DNA of 64,000 bases from positions 23,932,001 through 23,996,000 of the forward strand of contig JBHGNT010000003.1 of the NCBI GenBank assembly GCA_043228905.1, in the 5' to 3' direction. How positions within the stretch are numbered: the first letter of the stretch is position 1; each line of letters opens with the position of its first letter. Source of the stretch: Azolla caroliniana (taxonomy: Eukaryota > Plantae > Polypodiophyta). This document shows positions 1-12,487 of this stretch, in pieces. The notes below the pieces were generated by a model that worked only from the letters and a program-made list of their open reading frames with translations, ran no database searches and was not told the DNA's origin. Position numbers and translations under genes: made by a program.

Positions 1-369
1 TTGAACCGGTGAACTGAAGGTAATTAATCTTGGCAGAAAAAATTTAGACAGTGCAAGATCCACAAAAATGGAGGAAAGACAACAAATGTGCGTCTTTTGA
101 TTTGCTTGCAAATAAAAACGTCCCATTGTGCAGTTGAGCTATATATGGAGTATACACAGACAAATACAGTGTTAATTATTATAAGATGTGAGAAAATGAA
201 TAGGTCGATGGAGCAAGTGATCGAGCTTTGTGTGAGGATAGACTATATATATCAATTAGCGTAGCATGACATCCATCGGTTATTACTTAGTAAATTTATC
301 GGTAAAGGTAGAACCGTAGTTGCCTATTTCTCAACCATAAACAGATTTAGATGCTGCTATGTACATGTT

Positions 370-680
370 TCTAAATTCACTATTTGTGTAAAGCAATGAA
401 GAGCTTCATAAAATTACATGTCATGTTGAGTCCCAAGCTTCTCTAGGACCCTATCTACAGAATCATGGTCCCTTCATATGTAGAAGGTACATGGAATTTA
501 GGCCTAAATTCACCATTTGTGTTTGAATCCCAAGATTCTCTAGGACCCTATCCACAAAATTGTGATCCTTTGTATGTAGAAGTACATGGAATTTAGAGCG
601 TCATAAAATTACATGTCCCATTGAATCCTAACCTTCTCACCTATCTACAGAATTATGGTCTTTCATATGTAAAATTATGG
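370..680. repeat. Degenerate tandem repeat, ~133-bp unit (about 3 partial copies)
   Basis: Recurring GAATCCCAAGCTTCTCTAGGACCCTATCTACAGAAT...TAGAAGGTACATGGAATTTAG; paralogous to the array at 26530-27140. Confidence 0.75.
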
Positions 681-1186
681 CCATATTTAAAATTTGGGAT
701 AAAGTTTTGCCATGTAACAAATCCACCAACACTACTTATCAGCTATATTAATTATAAGCAATTGGTTTTGCATTCAGGTTTACATGAAATGACTTTGTTA
801 CCATTGGAATGCTTCTATATCAATCTTTTAGGTATGAGTTGTGGAAAACAAATTTGTGAAGCATCTTGACTAAAATTGACAATGAATTGTGGTTGTGATG
901 ATTCCAAGAGGTACAAACTGAATGGGTGCTTGTAATGATATCGAAGGAAAAATCAAAGTAATATAGCAAAAGATTACACCCTTAGGTTATGCATCAACTC
1001 ATGAAAACTGTTACAACCTTATACTTCTTATTTCTATGTAATCCTGAAAACGATTTCAAGAACAAATACATTCATTTCATTCCCATCCAAGTCCCAAATC
1101 AAACACGCCTGCATGCATAGACCTAAGTTCTTCATTGCATTTCGATTGCAGGAAAGCTGAATTTAGGTCTCATGGGCCTTTCAGCT

Positions 1187-4030
1187 CTACCGAGGCTCTA
1201 ACAAGCTGATCGAATCTTGCACGCGACTCATCGTCATTTTTCCAGTGGATGTGAAGGTAGTGCTACTGCTTATAGCACTGGTACTTGTACTATTTGTGCT
1301 GGATGGATCTGGACGTGATTGGCGCCGAAGAACATAAGTAAGTTCTAGAGGAGGATCAGGAACCTCAAGGTGCTGCTCCAGCATCAACAGGATCGTGCTC
1401 ATCGCCGGCCGTGACGATGCATTCTCTTGAATGCACCAGAATGCAACATGGATGAGCTTCTTCATGCTCTCTGTCGCAACAGCATAGTTATCTTTCACTT
1501 CCTCCAACAAGTGCTTGTCAATGACAGAGATTATGTCCCCATCCTCTGCTTGCTTCACTGCCCACGCTGGAAAATACCATCCATCCTCACTGCCCATCGC
1601 CAAATTGAGGTTCTTACGCCCCCCCACGAGCTCTAACAGCACCATTCCGTAGCTAAAAACATCACTTTTTTCTGTGATGGGCAAATTCAAAAACCACTCG
1701 GGAGCCATGTAACCTGGTGTTCCCCGCATTGCAGTCACGGTTTGGTTGTTCTCTCCTTCTCTGTCGATAAGCTTGCACAGCCCGAAATCTGCTAGCTTTG
1801 CTCTAAAGTTGGCATCTAGCAGTAGGTTCTGTGGTTTCACATCCAAATGGACAACTTTATCTCTGCTTCCTTCATGCAAAAAGGCGAGTCCTCGTGCCAT
1901 GTCTACAGCAATCCTGTACCGTATCTCCCATGGCAAGGTATGTGATTGGTCCTCATTCTTCTCTTCTGTGGTAATGGGGTTACTTCGGAATATCCATCTG
2001 TCGAGAGAACCATTCTCCATGTACTCGTATACGAGGAGGCGATGAGTCCCTTCTGCACAGAAACCCCTCAGCTGGACAAGATTGACATGGCTCAAGCTGC
2101 CCAGTGCAGCTACCTCTGTTCTGAATTGCTTCTTCCCTGATGCTGCAATGGTTGCCCGCTCGGAGAACTTAATAATGACAAAAAAAACTACAAATTAATA
2201 TGGGGGGAACTGGATTGCTGACATTAGGCAATAGAACTAATATAACCAATGCAATGTAAGGCGGCTTACCAAGAGCTGTTTCACTGCTACTTTGATTGCA
2301 CCAGCCGTGGTGTCCACATTGCTACTATGATTCTGATTTCGATGAGTGGAGGGAGGTAGGATAAGGCCTTCATAAACGGCACCCGAACCCCCTTTTCCTA
2401 GCTTCTTGCTGAATCCTTCTGTGGCAGCTTCTAGCTCCTTGTAAGAGTATCTAGGAGGTAAGCCAGGTAAGCTTTCCAGGAAAGCTTCTTCTTCTGAATC
2501 AGGGTACTCTACTGGCTTCCTTGCTAGTCTCTTTCCAATGAACACTCCGAGAATTGCAAGGCCAAAGACCAAAACACCTAACCCAACGCTTACACCAATG
2601 ATAACATTCTTAGAGATTCCATTACCATTAGGAACACTCGTAGCAGGTAAGTGTGCGACCCTGAGGTATGCGGTGACACTGGGGTTACCACCGGATTGCA
2701 TGGTCTGCACTTGGTCATAGAGATGGCAAGCCTGGGTGTTGTTGTTGTAGAAGACGGCTGTGCAAGAGCAATTGGGCAAACATAAATTAGTGCATTCAGT
2801 TGCACTAGTCACATTGTGAGAATCCATGTATGTATTAGCGAAATACTCCACCCCTGCCACCTGGAGAAATTGATGTTCCATAGCTATGCTGCAATTGAGC
2901 GGCGTGATGAGGCGACATCCCTGTCGAGGATCTGATGAGTCCACTTGGGTGAAGAGATCTGGACAGCTGCAAGTTTGGACAGAGCTACAAAGGCTGTTTA
3001 CACTGCAATAGGAGGGTAGTTTGCAGTAGGTGCTGAAGAATCCCTTGAAAAGTTCATTGTCGAGTTGGAGGCCATTATCAGAGAGGAGAAAAGAGTCTAT
3101 GTCGCCCGTCGGCATCAGACGTAGATATCTGAAGCCTGAGCCCCCCAAACGTGTGCTAAAAGTGATGCCGTGAATTGTGTACCCACCTGATTGTGCTTGA
3201 CACTCGGGAGTAATCACAGAGTCTTCTTGGTCTAGGGTCACCCCTGATCCATCTGCGTTATAGATCACCACAGTGCGATTGCAAGCAGAGTGTAAAGCTC
3301 CACTGAGGTTTCCGGCAACGCCTTCTGCATAAGTGATGACCGCATAGGGTATATTGGTCTGTTGTTGGTCGAAGGTTGCATAGAGCACAGGGCCACCAAC
3401 CTCTTCCTTGAGGGTATAATGCCCAGTGGAGACATCATCCAGTGAGAGGCGCGCAGTGACACTGTGGTTAGGCCTAAGGCCCTGTCCTGCCATGATAAGA
3501 TCTATAGGGTAATCGTAGCTCTGCCAGAGGGTGGAGTTCCTGTCGTCTTGCATCACAAGGTTCCCCGTGCTATTCATCAGAACACTGTATATTCCAGGTG
3601 GAGAAGACCAAACCACGCTAGTGGAAGAATTAGCGTTTATTGAGTTATTGTTGTTAGAGCTGCCGTTGATGTTGGTGCTAATTGAGGTGTGGTCTTGAAG
3701 TATGATCTGTTGGTCAGGGTAAATGAGGTTTAGGGTTGCGTTTGGCGAGACTGGCTGGTCTCTGTTGGCAATCCAAACGACCGTCGTGTTGAAGAGGGTG
3801 CTGAGTATGACGAGAAGGCGTGTGTCATTTGTATATGGTACAAATTGCCAAGAGAAGGATCCATCGCTACTAAGAAGGATCTGAAGGCTAGTATTCTGTG
3901 CTGTGGCTATGGTGGTGTTGCGATCAGGTATTAACAATTGCTCAGGAATTGTGGCACTATACGATGGAATGAGGATGAGATTGAGAGAAGTAGCCAGGAT
4001 TGCAATGGTGAGGAATATAGATGTGGTCAT
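1187..4030 (-). CDS. G-type lectin S-receptor-like Ser/Thr kinase (SD2-like), copy A, apparently intact; exons 4030-2270 and 2167-1187, about 913 aa
   Basis: Signal peptide MTTSIFLTIAIL; B-lectin motifs (VVWIANRD, GNLVM, LWQSYDYP); EGF-like and PAN cysteines; TM helix; EEEAFLESLPGLPPRYSY juxtamembrane; kinase motifs GKGGSG, VAVK, HLDVKPQN, DFG, GTPGYMAPE, SDVFSYG. A phase-0 GT..AG intron at 2269-2168 joins the two ORFs in frame. Confidence 0.93.
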
Positions 4031-4180
4031 GTTGTATTGGGATGATGATAAATCGTGATCGGCGATGAACTGATGGGTGAAAAACAGGTCAGCTGAAGGA
4101 AATTAAATCTGGGAGAAGAAAAATAGATATTAGAAGATCCACAGCAGAAATTGGTGGAGCGAGAAATTGGTGTCGAAGAA

Positions 4181-4212
<32 letters not shown>

Positions 4213-5099
4213 AAACAATGACGATGTGTATGTTAGTATGATTCAATGGAGATTTGTGTCCAAAGCATTGAGGATGATCTTAACATCAGAGAAAGAGAAA
4301 GAGGAAAAGAGGAAAAGAAAGAGAGAGGCGGATACAGTGTTCCATTCCATTGGTTTTGAGATCTGATTTGGCCGAGAGACCTACATTTATTTATACAGTT
4401 GAATTGACATTGGACACAACAGTGTTTCCAGCTTGTTAAATTTAGACCAAGACTTTGTCTACTTTCACTTTCCTCTTGATTTTCGCAAACGCTTGCAATG
4501 ACGAAGAAGAGAACGAGAAGCCTTCCTTTTTCCTTGTCTTTTGATGTACCACTTTCTGTTTCTTTTAATCCGGTTTTTGAATTAAAAAACAAGGTGCCAT
4601 CGGGTGAAGGAACAATCCACGAAGATAGAGTTTTTTCTACCGAAACTCCCAAAATCATACGTGGTCCCGAAAAGGAATGAGAATGAGACTCATTCGACAC
4701 ATGGGAATATTGTGTGAACCTTGTCTATATGTTAACATTGTGAGTGAAACTCAAGGTACTTTTTGGGCAAATGGGAACTCGACTGACTCATTTGACACTG
4801 CGTATACCTTTAACCGTCTCTTTTTGTGAACACTATGTGGGAAACTTGAGTGACTTGTAGAAAATGATGTGTTGGAATAGTTGATCTTTGATTTGCGTTT
4901 ATATTATTTTGCATTAAATTACGGAGAGGTTTTGCGGATGGAAACTACTCAACATTCAGTTTGCATATAGACAAGGCTAGAAAAGTTGCACTCATCTTTT
5001 TATTTATTTATCATGGGTTGCAGAGCATAAAATTATTCCACAATTTGGTGGGATATGGTGGAGAAATACGACAAAACAAAGGTATAATTCTTGTAGTAT

Positions 5100-5960
5100 A
5101 GTTTTGGGAATAGGCGATGTCAAAGATGTCTAAAGGATTGATCGCACTTTAACTTACAAAGGAGAACCAAGACAAGTGGAAAGCTTCAAATATTGTGCAA
5201 TTAATGTGCCATCAACAAATCGGTGGGATGACTACTATGAGTCTAGACTTTGTGTGGGTTGGACTTGTTATAATATGTTTGACAATCATTGCAACAAAAG
5301 TGATACTCTAGGATGAGAAGTGAGATTGATGCTTTTATATTTTGAAAAAAAACGATTATGATTTTTTACTCTCAAGAGCTAACTGTTGCTTCATGCTGTG
5401 GAAGCATAGGATGCTCCCCCATAGAGATATTAGTTGTACAAAGAGTATACAAGTATATCGTAAAAGACAAGAACTTGCCTGATTACAAATTGTTAAAACA
5501 GGCTAGGAACATAGGATGCAAGGTTCAAAAGACTAATAAGAGCAAAATTCTCTTAGCTAGTTAGTTTCTTGACATTATGAAATGGTTTAAAAGATGAGGG
5601 GTAAAAGATCAATTGGAGCTCTTAGGTGATGCTATGAAGCATGTGATTGTCAAGGATCAATTACTATAGGCACTAAGTATGAAAAGCAAGATTGTAAAAT
5701 GTAAAAATTGGAAGTTGCGTTGCAAAAATTTCACACCAATATAAGGTAAAAATGCTAGAATATATCCAACCCCATCTTACAATCCCCATAGCTTTGGTCT
5801 TGTGGAGCCTCAACACTTCGCCAAACTTAGTTGCACAAATTAGGTGTTGAGGTAGCATCATAACATCATTACCCCTAGTATGAAGATATGCAAGGTATTC
5901 AATGAAAACTTCATGGAGGATGATTATCACTTATTTCTTGCATTCTCAACATGTAAGATA
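5100..5960 (+). mobile_element. Ancient degenerate LINE remnant (post-RT region), duplicated with the RLK units
   Basis: Broken reading similar to GEP.QVESFKY....VPSTNRW...YESRL..GW..Y.MF.NHCN.SDT..WEVRLML. Near-identical copies at about 12505-13378, 24450-25010 and 34060-34430. Confidence 0.55.
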
Positions 5961-6375
5961 ATTTGCGAGCAATATGATGACTTGTTAAATGAGTATGATA
6001 ATAAGTCAATCATACACCCTTTATATACCAACAATTAAGTCAATAAGTTAATACATACTTAAATAGACGATCTTTCACCCCTAATTAATACCTCATAATA
6101 ATACTAATTGTCATAGTAAACGAGATAAAATTACCACATGTACATAAAGTCACATATATGTGTCATTGAAAAAAGAAGTTTAACAGTGATAAAGTTACAT
6201 ATATGTTTCACCGAGAAAAGAAGATTGACAACATGATTCAATGGAGATTCAATGAATCATGCAAAACCATTTATACATGACAGGTGTGAGTGAGTGACTA
6301 GGTGTGAATGCCAAGGAGGCTTGCACCCTTGTGTATCTACCCTTTTGTACTTATTTAACCCCTTATGGGGAATGA

Positions 6376-8379
6376 ATGAACAAGGATCATCTCTCTCTCT
6401 CTCTCTCTGCACCTGAACAAGCTGGCTTTAGACGAGCCTTCTCCACTATTGATCACATCTTCACACTTAGATGCCTAATTGACCAAACTAGGGCTCGCAA
6501 GAAGAGATTATATTGTTGTTTTGTGGACTTCCGCAAAGCCTTTGACACAGTCCCTAGAGATCGGTTGTCTGATAGACTTAAAAGCTTGAGGATACCAGAT
6601 GATATGGTATGGGCCATCTACGCACTATATGAACAAGTGTCCGGGTGTGTCCGATGCCCAGGTGGCCTATCCAATCGTTTCATTAGCACTATTGGTGTAA
6701 AACAAGGTTGCCCCCTATCACCGACGCTTTTTGGGATTTACATTGATGAGATCACAGATTTTATTGCTCGTGAAGGAGGCACCGGAGTGGTCCTTGGGGA
6801 TACGCAGGTTCGTATCTTGCTCTATGCGGATGACATAGTTTTGCTCTCTGAATCCGAACACGACCTACAGAGGCACCTCAATGCCTTAGATGACTTTTGT
6901 GTACAACGAGGATTGGTAGTGAATCTAGGGAAAACGAAAGTCCTTATCTTCCACACATCGGCCCAAGTTAGAGCTAAGTGTCACCTAACTATCTCCCATA
7001 GCCCAGTCGAGGTGGTTGGATCGTACGTATATCTCGGAGTCACTTTTAGTGCCCGCTCAGGTAAATTTTCGATGACACAGGCAGCGAAGGATAGACTCAC
7101 GAGAGGACATGCATCCCTCTCACTCCTAGAGAGACAATGCCACCAAGCACACTTTCAAGAGCCACGGACTAAAGGGTGGCTCTTTGACTCATTAGTGACC
7201 CCCTCCCTCATGTATGCATCTGCGGTTTGGGCTCCAGGATTACCATCCTTCATGTGGACGCAATTAGAGAGACCATTGGTGATGATGCTATCACGCCAAC
7301 TCCGAAGCAAATCGACTGTACCACATGACATTATTAGGGCCGAGTTCACGTTACCCCCAATGCTAGTAGAGGCACTTTTTCAACTTGTAGTCTTTATTGA
7401 TAGGATACATAGCCAACCACATGATAGAATATCTCATCAAGCCTTTAAGGCCTCTCGATCATTGTATGAGTCCGGCTATACTAGCTCATGGTATGGCATG
7501 ATGGTGACTTGGCTTCTTGCGAATGGTCTAGACATTAATAACCTACCTCCCCTTAGGTACAACCACACGAGTGATAACACCTTAATCTCTCATGAGAACC
7601 GCAATAAAGTAATACGCCAAGAAATATGGCAAATTTACACTCGGTGTAAATGGATCACCCCACTAGAGCCACTCCCATCTAAAATGTCGTACTATAAGAA
7701 ACACTTCATGCACTTCTCTGAGTTAGGTTTTATCACACGGCCAAAATATCTAGATGTATTCTTACCACATGCACTAAGGGTTGCCATTGGACAACTTAGA
7801 ATATCATCTCACCAACTTGAGATTGAAAATGGCCGTACTAGTGGAGTCCCTAGGGAGGAAAGGATATGTAGGTTATGTCACATAGAGATAGAGGATGAGT
7901 ACCACTTTACTTGCAAGTGTCCAACCTATGCCGAGATAAGGGCAAAATACCAAGACATACTTGGTCCGTCTCCCACCCTCCCCAAACTATTAGATACTCT
8001 AGATATAAAGAAATTAGGCAAATACATTCTAGAACTAAAACAACACAGAGAGAATAAATTACAAAATGTTGACAATAATGCTGCTAATGATCACGAACAT
8101 GTAACAAATGCAGTTTTTCAGGAACCTGAGGAGACAACGAATGCCGACACACTTGCACCACTCGGCCTTTCCATTGATGAGGCAGAAAACCAGAGAAGAA
8201 CCAGACGTCCTCGGGTGCCGGGTTTCAAAACAACTCAACGTGATGTGGACGCAATATTGAAAATAAGGGAACGTGAGCTACACTGCCTAGAAGCCATGGC
8301 TAGGGCACTCTCTACATTGGAACCCACATCAAGACCCTTTGACCCCCCACTTCTTTTCGAGAGGCTTGGGTGGAAATAA
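6376..8379 (+). CDS. LINE reverse transcriptase plus C-terminal CCHC zinc finger (endonuclease lost by 5' truncation)
   Basis: QAGFR, FVDFRKAFD, GVKQGCPLSPTLF, LLYADD, YLGV; C-terminal LRISSHQLEIE..R..ICRLC...EDEYHFTCKC. Confidence 0.9.
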   Translation: MNKDHLSLSLSAPEQAGFRRAFSTIDHIFTLRCLIDQTRARKKRLYCCFVDFRKAFDTVPRDRLSDRLKSLRIPDDMVWAIYALYEQVSGCVRCPGGLSNRFISTIGVKQGCPLSPTLFGIYIDEITDFIAREGGTGVVLGDTQVRILLYADDIVLLSESEHDLQRHLNALDDFCVQRGLVVNLGKTKVLIFHTSAQVRAKCHLTISHSPVEVVGSYVYLGVTFSARSGKFSMTQAAKDRLTRGHASLSLLERQCHQAHFQEPRTKGWLFDSLVTPSLMYASAVWAPGLPSFMWTQLERPLVMMLSRQLRSKSTVPHDIIRAEFTLPPMLVEALFQLVVFIDRIHSQPHDRISHQAFKASRSLYESGYTSSWYGMMVTWLLANGLDINNLPPLRYNHTSDNTLISHENRNKVIRQEIWQIYTRCKWITPLEPLPSKMSYYKKHFMHFSELGFITRPKYLDVFLPHALRVAIGQLRISSHQLEIENGRTSGVPREERICRLCHIEIEDEYHFTCKCPTYAEIRAKYQDILGPSPTLPKLLDTLDIKKLGKYILELKQHRENKLQNVDNNAANDHEHVTNAVFQEPEETTNADTLAPLGLSIDEAENQRRTRRPRVPGFKTTQRDVDAILKIRERELHCLEAMARALSTLEPTSRPFDPPLLFERLGWK

Positions 8380-8578
8380 AATTAGGCTTAGTGTATAGTC
8401 ACTTTCGAGTATACTACATATTGTACACTACTAGAACTCTTTTAGTTTAAGTTCTATTTTTTTTACTTAATTTTATTTTTAGTTATGATGACTGGATAAA
8501 TACTCTATTGTTGTAAACCAATTGTCTCATGGGCCAAATTTGGCCTTAGAAGACGTTAATACACCTTTCTTTCTTCTT

Positions 8579-8616
<38 letters not shown>
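6409..8616 (+). mobile_element. 5'-truncated non-LTR retrotransposon (RTE/RTEX-like LINE) between (CT)n tracts
   Basis: Starts right after (CT)n at 6391-6408. Open RT frame to 8379, then a 3' UTR and a (TTTC)n(CT)n tail ending near 8616. Confidence 0.85.
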
Positions 8617-8620
<4 letters not shown>

Positions 8621-10490
8621 CCCTTAACGTTGAACCCCTTTGGGAGGGGGATGGAGCCATTCTAGGCACCACCCCCCACCCCTCAATGCTTGTCTTGTTC
8701 TTCATGTTCTCTCTCACCATCATACCATTCATAATCTCCACTATTAGACCATGTCTATCTTCATTATCATTATTAGTAACCCTAACCCTAAAACCTACAA
8801 CAATCGTCCCTTTTAGACTGAATCCATGCAAACCAAACCATTTAAAGAAAAGGTGAAATTGAATCATTTAAATATTCTAAGGGAAAGTTGAAACCAAATC
8901 GAACAATTTAGTCATAATTTGATCCAAATCATTTAAGTTAGATTGATTAAAAATATTGCACCATTGATTTTTGTCAAGCCATATATACTATTGAATCCCG
9001 AAATAAGCACATAAAGATTTTTGAGTAGTAACCTTAGTAGGGGATACATTATCATACCCAAAAAGTCGGGAGGTGGGCAAAGTTGACCTTCAATGGGAGG
9101 GAGGGGAGGGGAGGGGAGGGGAGGGGAGGGGGATGCATAGGAGAGTTTGATGTTTGTGGGGAAACTTGGAAAGTGTTGTCAAATTAGGGGAGCAAGAAAA
9201 GTTAAAGAAAAACCGATAAACCATTAAATTGAGCCCACTTAAATCGTAAAATTTGTAATTGACCGATTGAACAAAAAAGTATCCCATTTTACGTACTTGA
9301 CCTTGTTCCTTCTAAAGAATTATAGTGTTTGTCCTATTTCTCTAGTATAATTCCATCAAATTTGAGAATACTCTTATGCTTGGCAAAACATCACTAATAA
9401 AAATATTAAGGCAAATGGAACTTTTTAGCCTTGTTTATATATGTAGAGGAGGTTCTATTTGGAAATGCAATCTCTTTGTCATTCTCCTTGAATGCAAGTG
9501 GTTTTAATTGGCCAAATTTCTCGATTATAAATGTAGGCGGTTCTATACAACATCATCCATGGTAACCGAATGCAAATTTCTAGAATACAAAGCAAAGACC
9601 AATTATTGCAGTACATCATTTTCGACTTATATATAAATAAATACAATCATCCACTATAACTGAATGCAAATTACTAAAATACAAAACAAAGACCAATTAT
9701 CACAATGAATAGTTTTCTGCTTGTATATGCAATGTTTGAATCGTGTATAAGAGTCACTCGATTGGTCTACAATGGTCACAAAAGAGATACTATTTCTTGT
9801 GTCAAACAAGTTCTGTTCCTTTTTGGGCGATGCCCAGAAATCTATATCCTTCATGTCTTGGTCCCCCAAATTTCACTAGGGCAAACCTCATGGTCATGTG
9901 CCCAAAGGACACACATTGACAATCAAATAAAAACTCAAGAGAAAAGTTCTGCGACAAGCAAATAAGAAGAAGTCGAAAAGAGTATGTCCAAACGTTATGC
10001 CAACAGTCAATTCACTGTTCATCGACAAAGATTCATAAAGGAATCAAACCCTTCCTACATTCCTGCTCGAAAACAATGAAATTGTAATCCATTCTCTTTC
10101 AGTGCAAAATCAAAGATCATAGATGCTTTAGGCAGAAACTTGCATTGAATCATCATCATTTTCTTCTCCTACACACTTACTTAAATCTGTTTATGTGATG
10201 ATTGATTCCTGCAATAAATCTTCTCTCTCAGCAGCTCATTCCAACCTTCCTTCTTCTTCTTCTTCCCGTATAGGCCATGATTTATTTCTACTAAGCAACT
10301 AACATAACATTAACATCATCATCACCACCACCACCACCATCTTCTTCTTCTTCTTCTTCTTAATGAGCATCTATCCTAATTCTAGTGTGCATCTATTTTT
10401 TTCTCTGCCTAGATTACTTTCCTTAACTTAACTTGTTTGTCACCAATCAGGTCAAAGACGATCATGATTTATCATCATCCACGATACAAC

Positions 10491-12487
10491 ATGACCATAT
10501 CTATATTCCTCACAATTGCAGTCATGGCTGCTCCTCTGCATCTCGCTCTTGTGCCAGCTTATAGTGCCCCAGTTTTTGAGAAATTGTTACTACCTGATCG
10601 CAACGTCACCATAGCCACAGCACAGAATACGAGCGTTCAGATCCTTCTCAGTAGCGATGGATCCTTCGTTTGGCAATTTGTAGCATATACAAACGACACA
10701 CGCCTTCTTGTCATCCTCAGCACCCGCTTCAACACTACTGTGATTTGGACAATTTCTGGAGGTGCCAGGGGTGGATTACTTCGCCAATACATACATGATG
10801 TCTCACATTGTGAACAACGCAACCGAATGCACAAATTTATGTTTGCCCAATTGGTCTTGCACAACAGCTTTCTACAACAACAGCACCCAGGCTTGCCATC
10901 TCTATGATCAAGTGCAGACCATGCGATCCGGTGCTAACCCCAGTGTGACTTCATTTCTTAGGGTCGCACAATTACCTGCTACACCTGGTGTTTCTAATGG
11001 CAATGGAATCCCCAAGAATGTCATCGTTGGTGTAAGCGTTGGATTAGGTGTTTTGGTCATTGGCCTTGCATTTCTGGGAGTCTTCATTGGTCAGAGACTA
11101 GCAAGGAAGGCAGTAGAGGACCCTGATTCAGAAGAAGAGGCTTTCCTGGAAAGCTTACCTGGCTTGCCTCCTAGATACTCTTACAAGGAGCTAGAAGCTG
11201 CTACAGAGGGATTCAGCAAGAAGCTAGGAAAAGGGGGTTCGGGTGCCGTTTATGAAGGCCTTATCCTACCTCCCTCCACTCATCGAAATCAAAATCATAG
11301 CACCAACGTGGACACCAAGAGAACTGGTGCAATAAAAGTAGCAGTGAAACAGCTCTCGGTAAGCCACTTTATATATATATATATATATCCCGCTGCTTCT
11401 CATTCGTGCCATTCATTGGTCATACTAGTTCTATTTTGCCTAATGTCAGCAATCCAGTTGCTCCAGACTAATTTCGATTTTTATTTTGTGAATAATTAAG
11501 TACTCTGGGCGGGCAACCATCGCAGCATCAGGGAAGAAGCAATTCAGAACAGAGGTAGCAGCTCTGGGCAGCTTGAGTCATGTCAATCTTGTCCAGCTGT
11601 GGGGTTTCTGTGCGGAAGGGACTCATCGGCTTCTCATATATGAGTTCATGGGGAATGGTTCTTTGGACAGATGGATATTCCGAAATAACCCCAGTAGTGT
11701 GGAGGAAAACAACGAGGACCAAAGGCATATCTTGCCATGGGAGGTTCGACACAGGATTGCTGTGGACATGGCACGAGGACTTGCATTTCTGCACGAGGGA
11801 AGCAGAGACAAAGTGATGCATTTGGATGTGAAGCCACAAAACCTACTGCTGGATGCCAACTTTAGGGCAAAGCTTGCAGATTTCGGGCTGTGCAAGCTAA
11901 TCGATCGAGAAGGAGGAAAAAACCAGACAGTGATGGCGATGCGGGGGACGCCAGGGTACATGGCTCCAGAGTGGTTCTTGAACTTGCCCATCACAGAGAA
12001 GAGTGATGTGTTTAGCTATGGAACGGTGCTGCTAGAACTTGTTGGGGGGCGTAAGAACCTTAATTTGGCGAAGGGTAGTGAGGATGGATGGTATTTTCCG
12101 GCTTGGGCAGTGAAGCAAGCAGAGAATGGCGACATAATGTCTGTCATTGACAAGCAGTTGTTGGAGGAAGTGAAAGATAACTATGCGGTTGCAACAGAGA
12201 GCATGAAGAAGCTCATCCATGTGGCATTTTGGTGCATTCAAGAGAATCCATCGTCTCCGCCGGCCATGAGCACTATCCTGTTGATGCTGGAGCAGCATCT
12301 TGAGGTCCTGGATCCTCCTCTAGAGCTCACATATGTTCTGCGGAGACAATCACGTCCAGATCCATCCAACACAAACAGTAGCAGTGCAAACAGCAGTAGC
12401 AATATCCCTACTTCCACATCCTCCAGCAATGTCACAGTGGATCATAGTCCTTCTGAAGACTCTATCAGTTTGCTGAAACCTCGATAG
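10491..12487 (+). pseudogene. SD2-like lectin receptor kinase copy B, pseudogene (about 0.9-kb ectodomain deletion plus frameshift)
   Basis: ATG at 10491 (MTISIFLTIAVM). At about 10749, NTTVIW jumps out of frame to QFLEVPGVDYFAN. Intron 11359-11500; kinase exon 11501-12487 carries R>W (VQLWGF) and subdomain XI R>P (SSPPAM). Confidence 0.9.

Noticed and set aside
2237-2269. Apparent separate ectodomain and kinase genes (also in B, C and D)
   Set aside because: The ORF ends are read-through into a conserved GT..AG intron; splicing joins them in frame.
6376-6408. ATG start for the LINE ORF
   Set aside because: These codons come from flanking DNA and the (CT)n tract; the element is 5'-truncated.
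9094-9132. (GGGGA)n G-quadruplex-capable tract
   Set aside because: Simple repeat, largely absent at the paralogous position near 36325; no sign of function.
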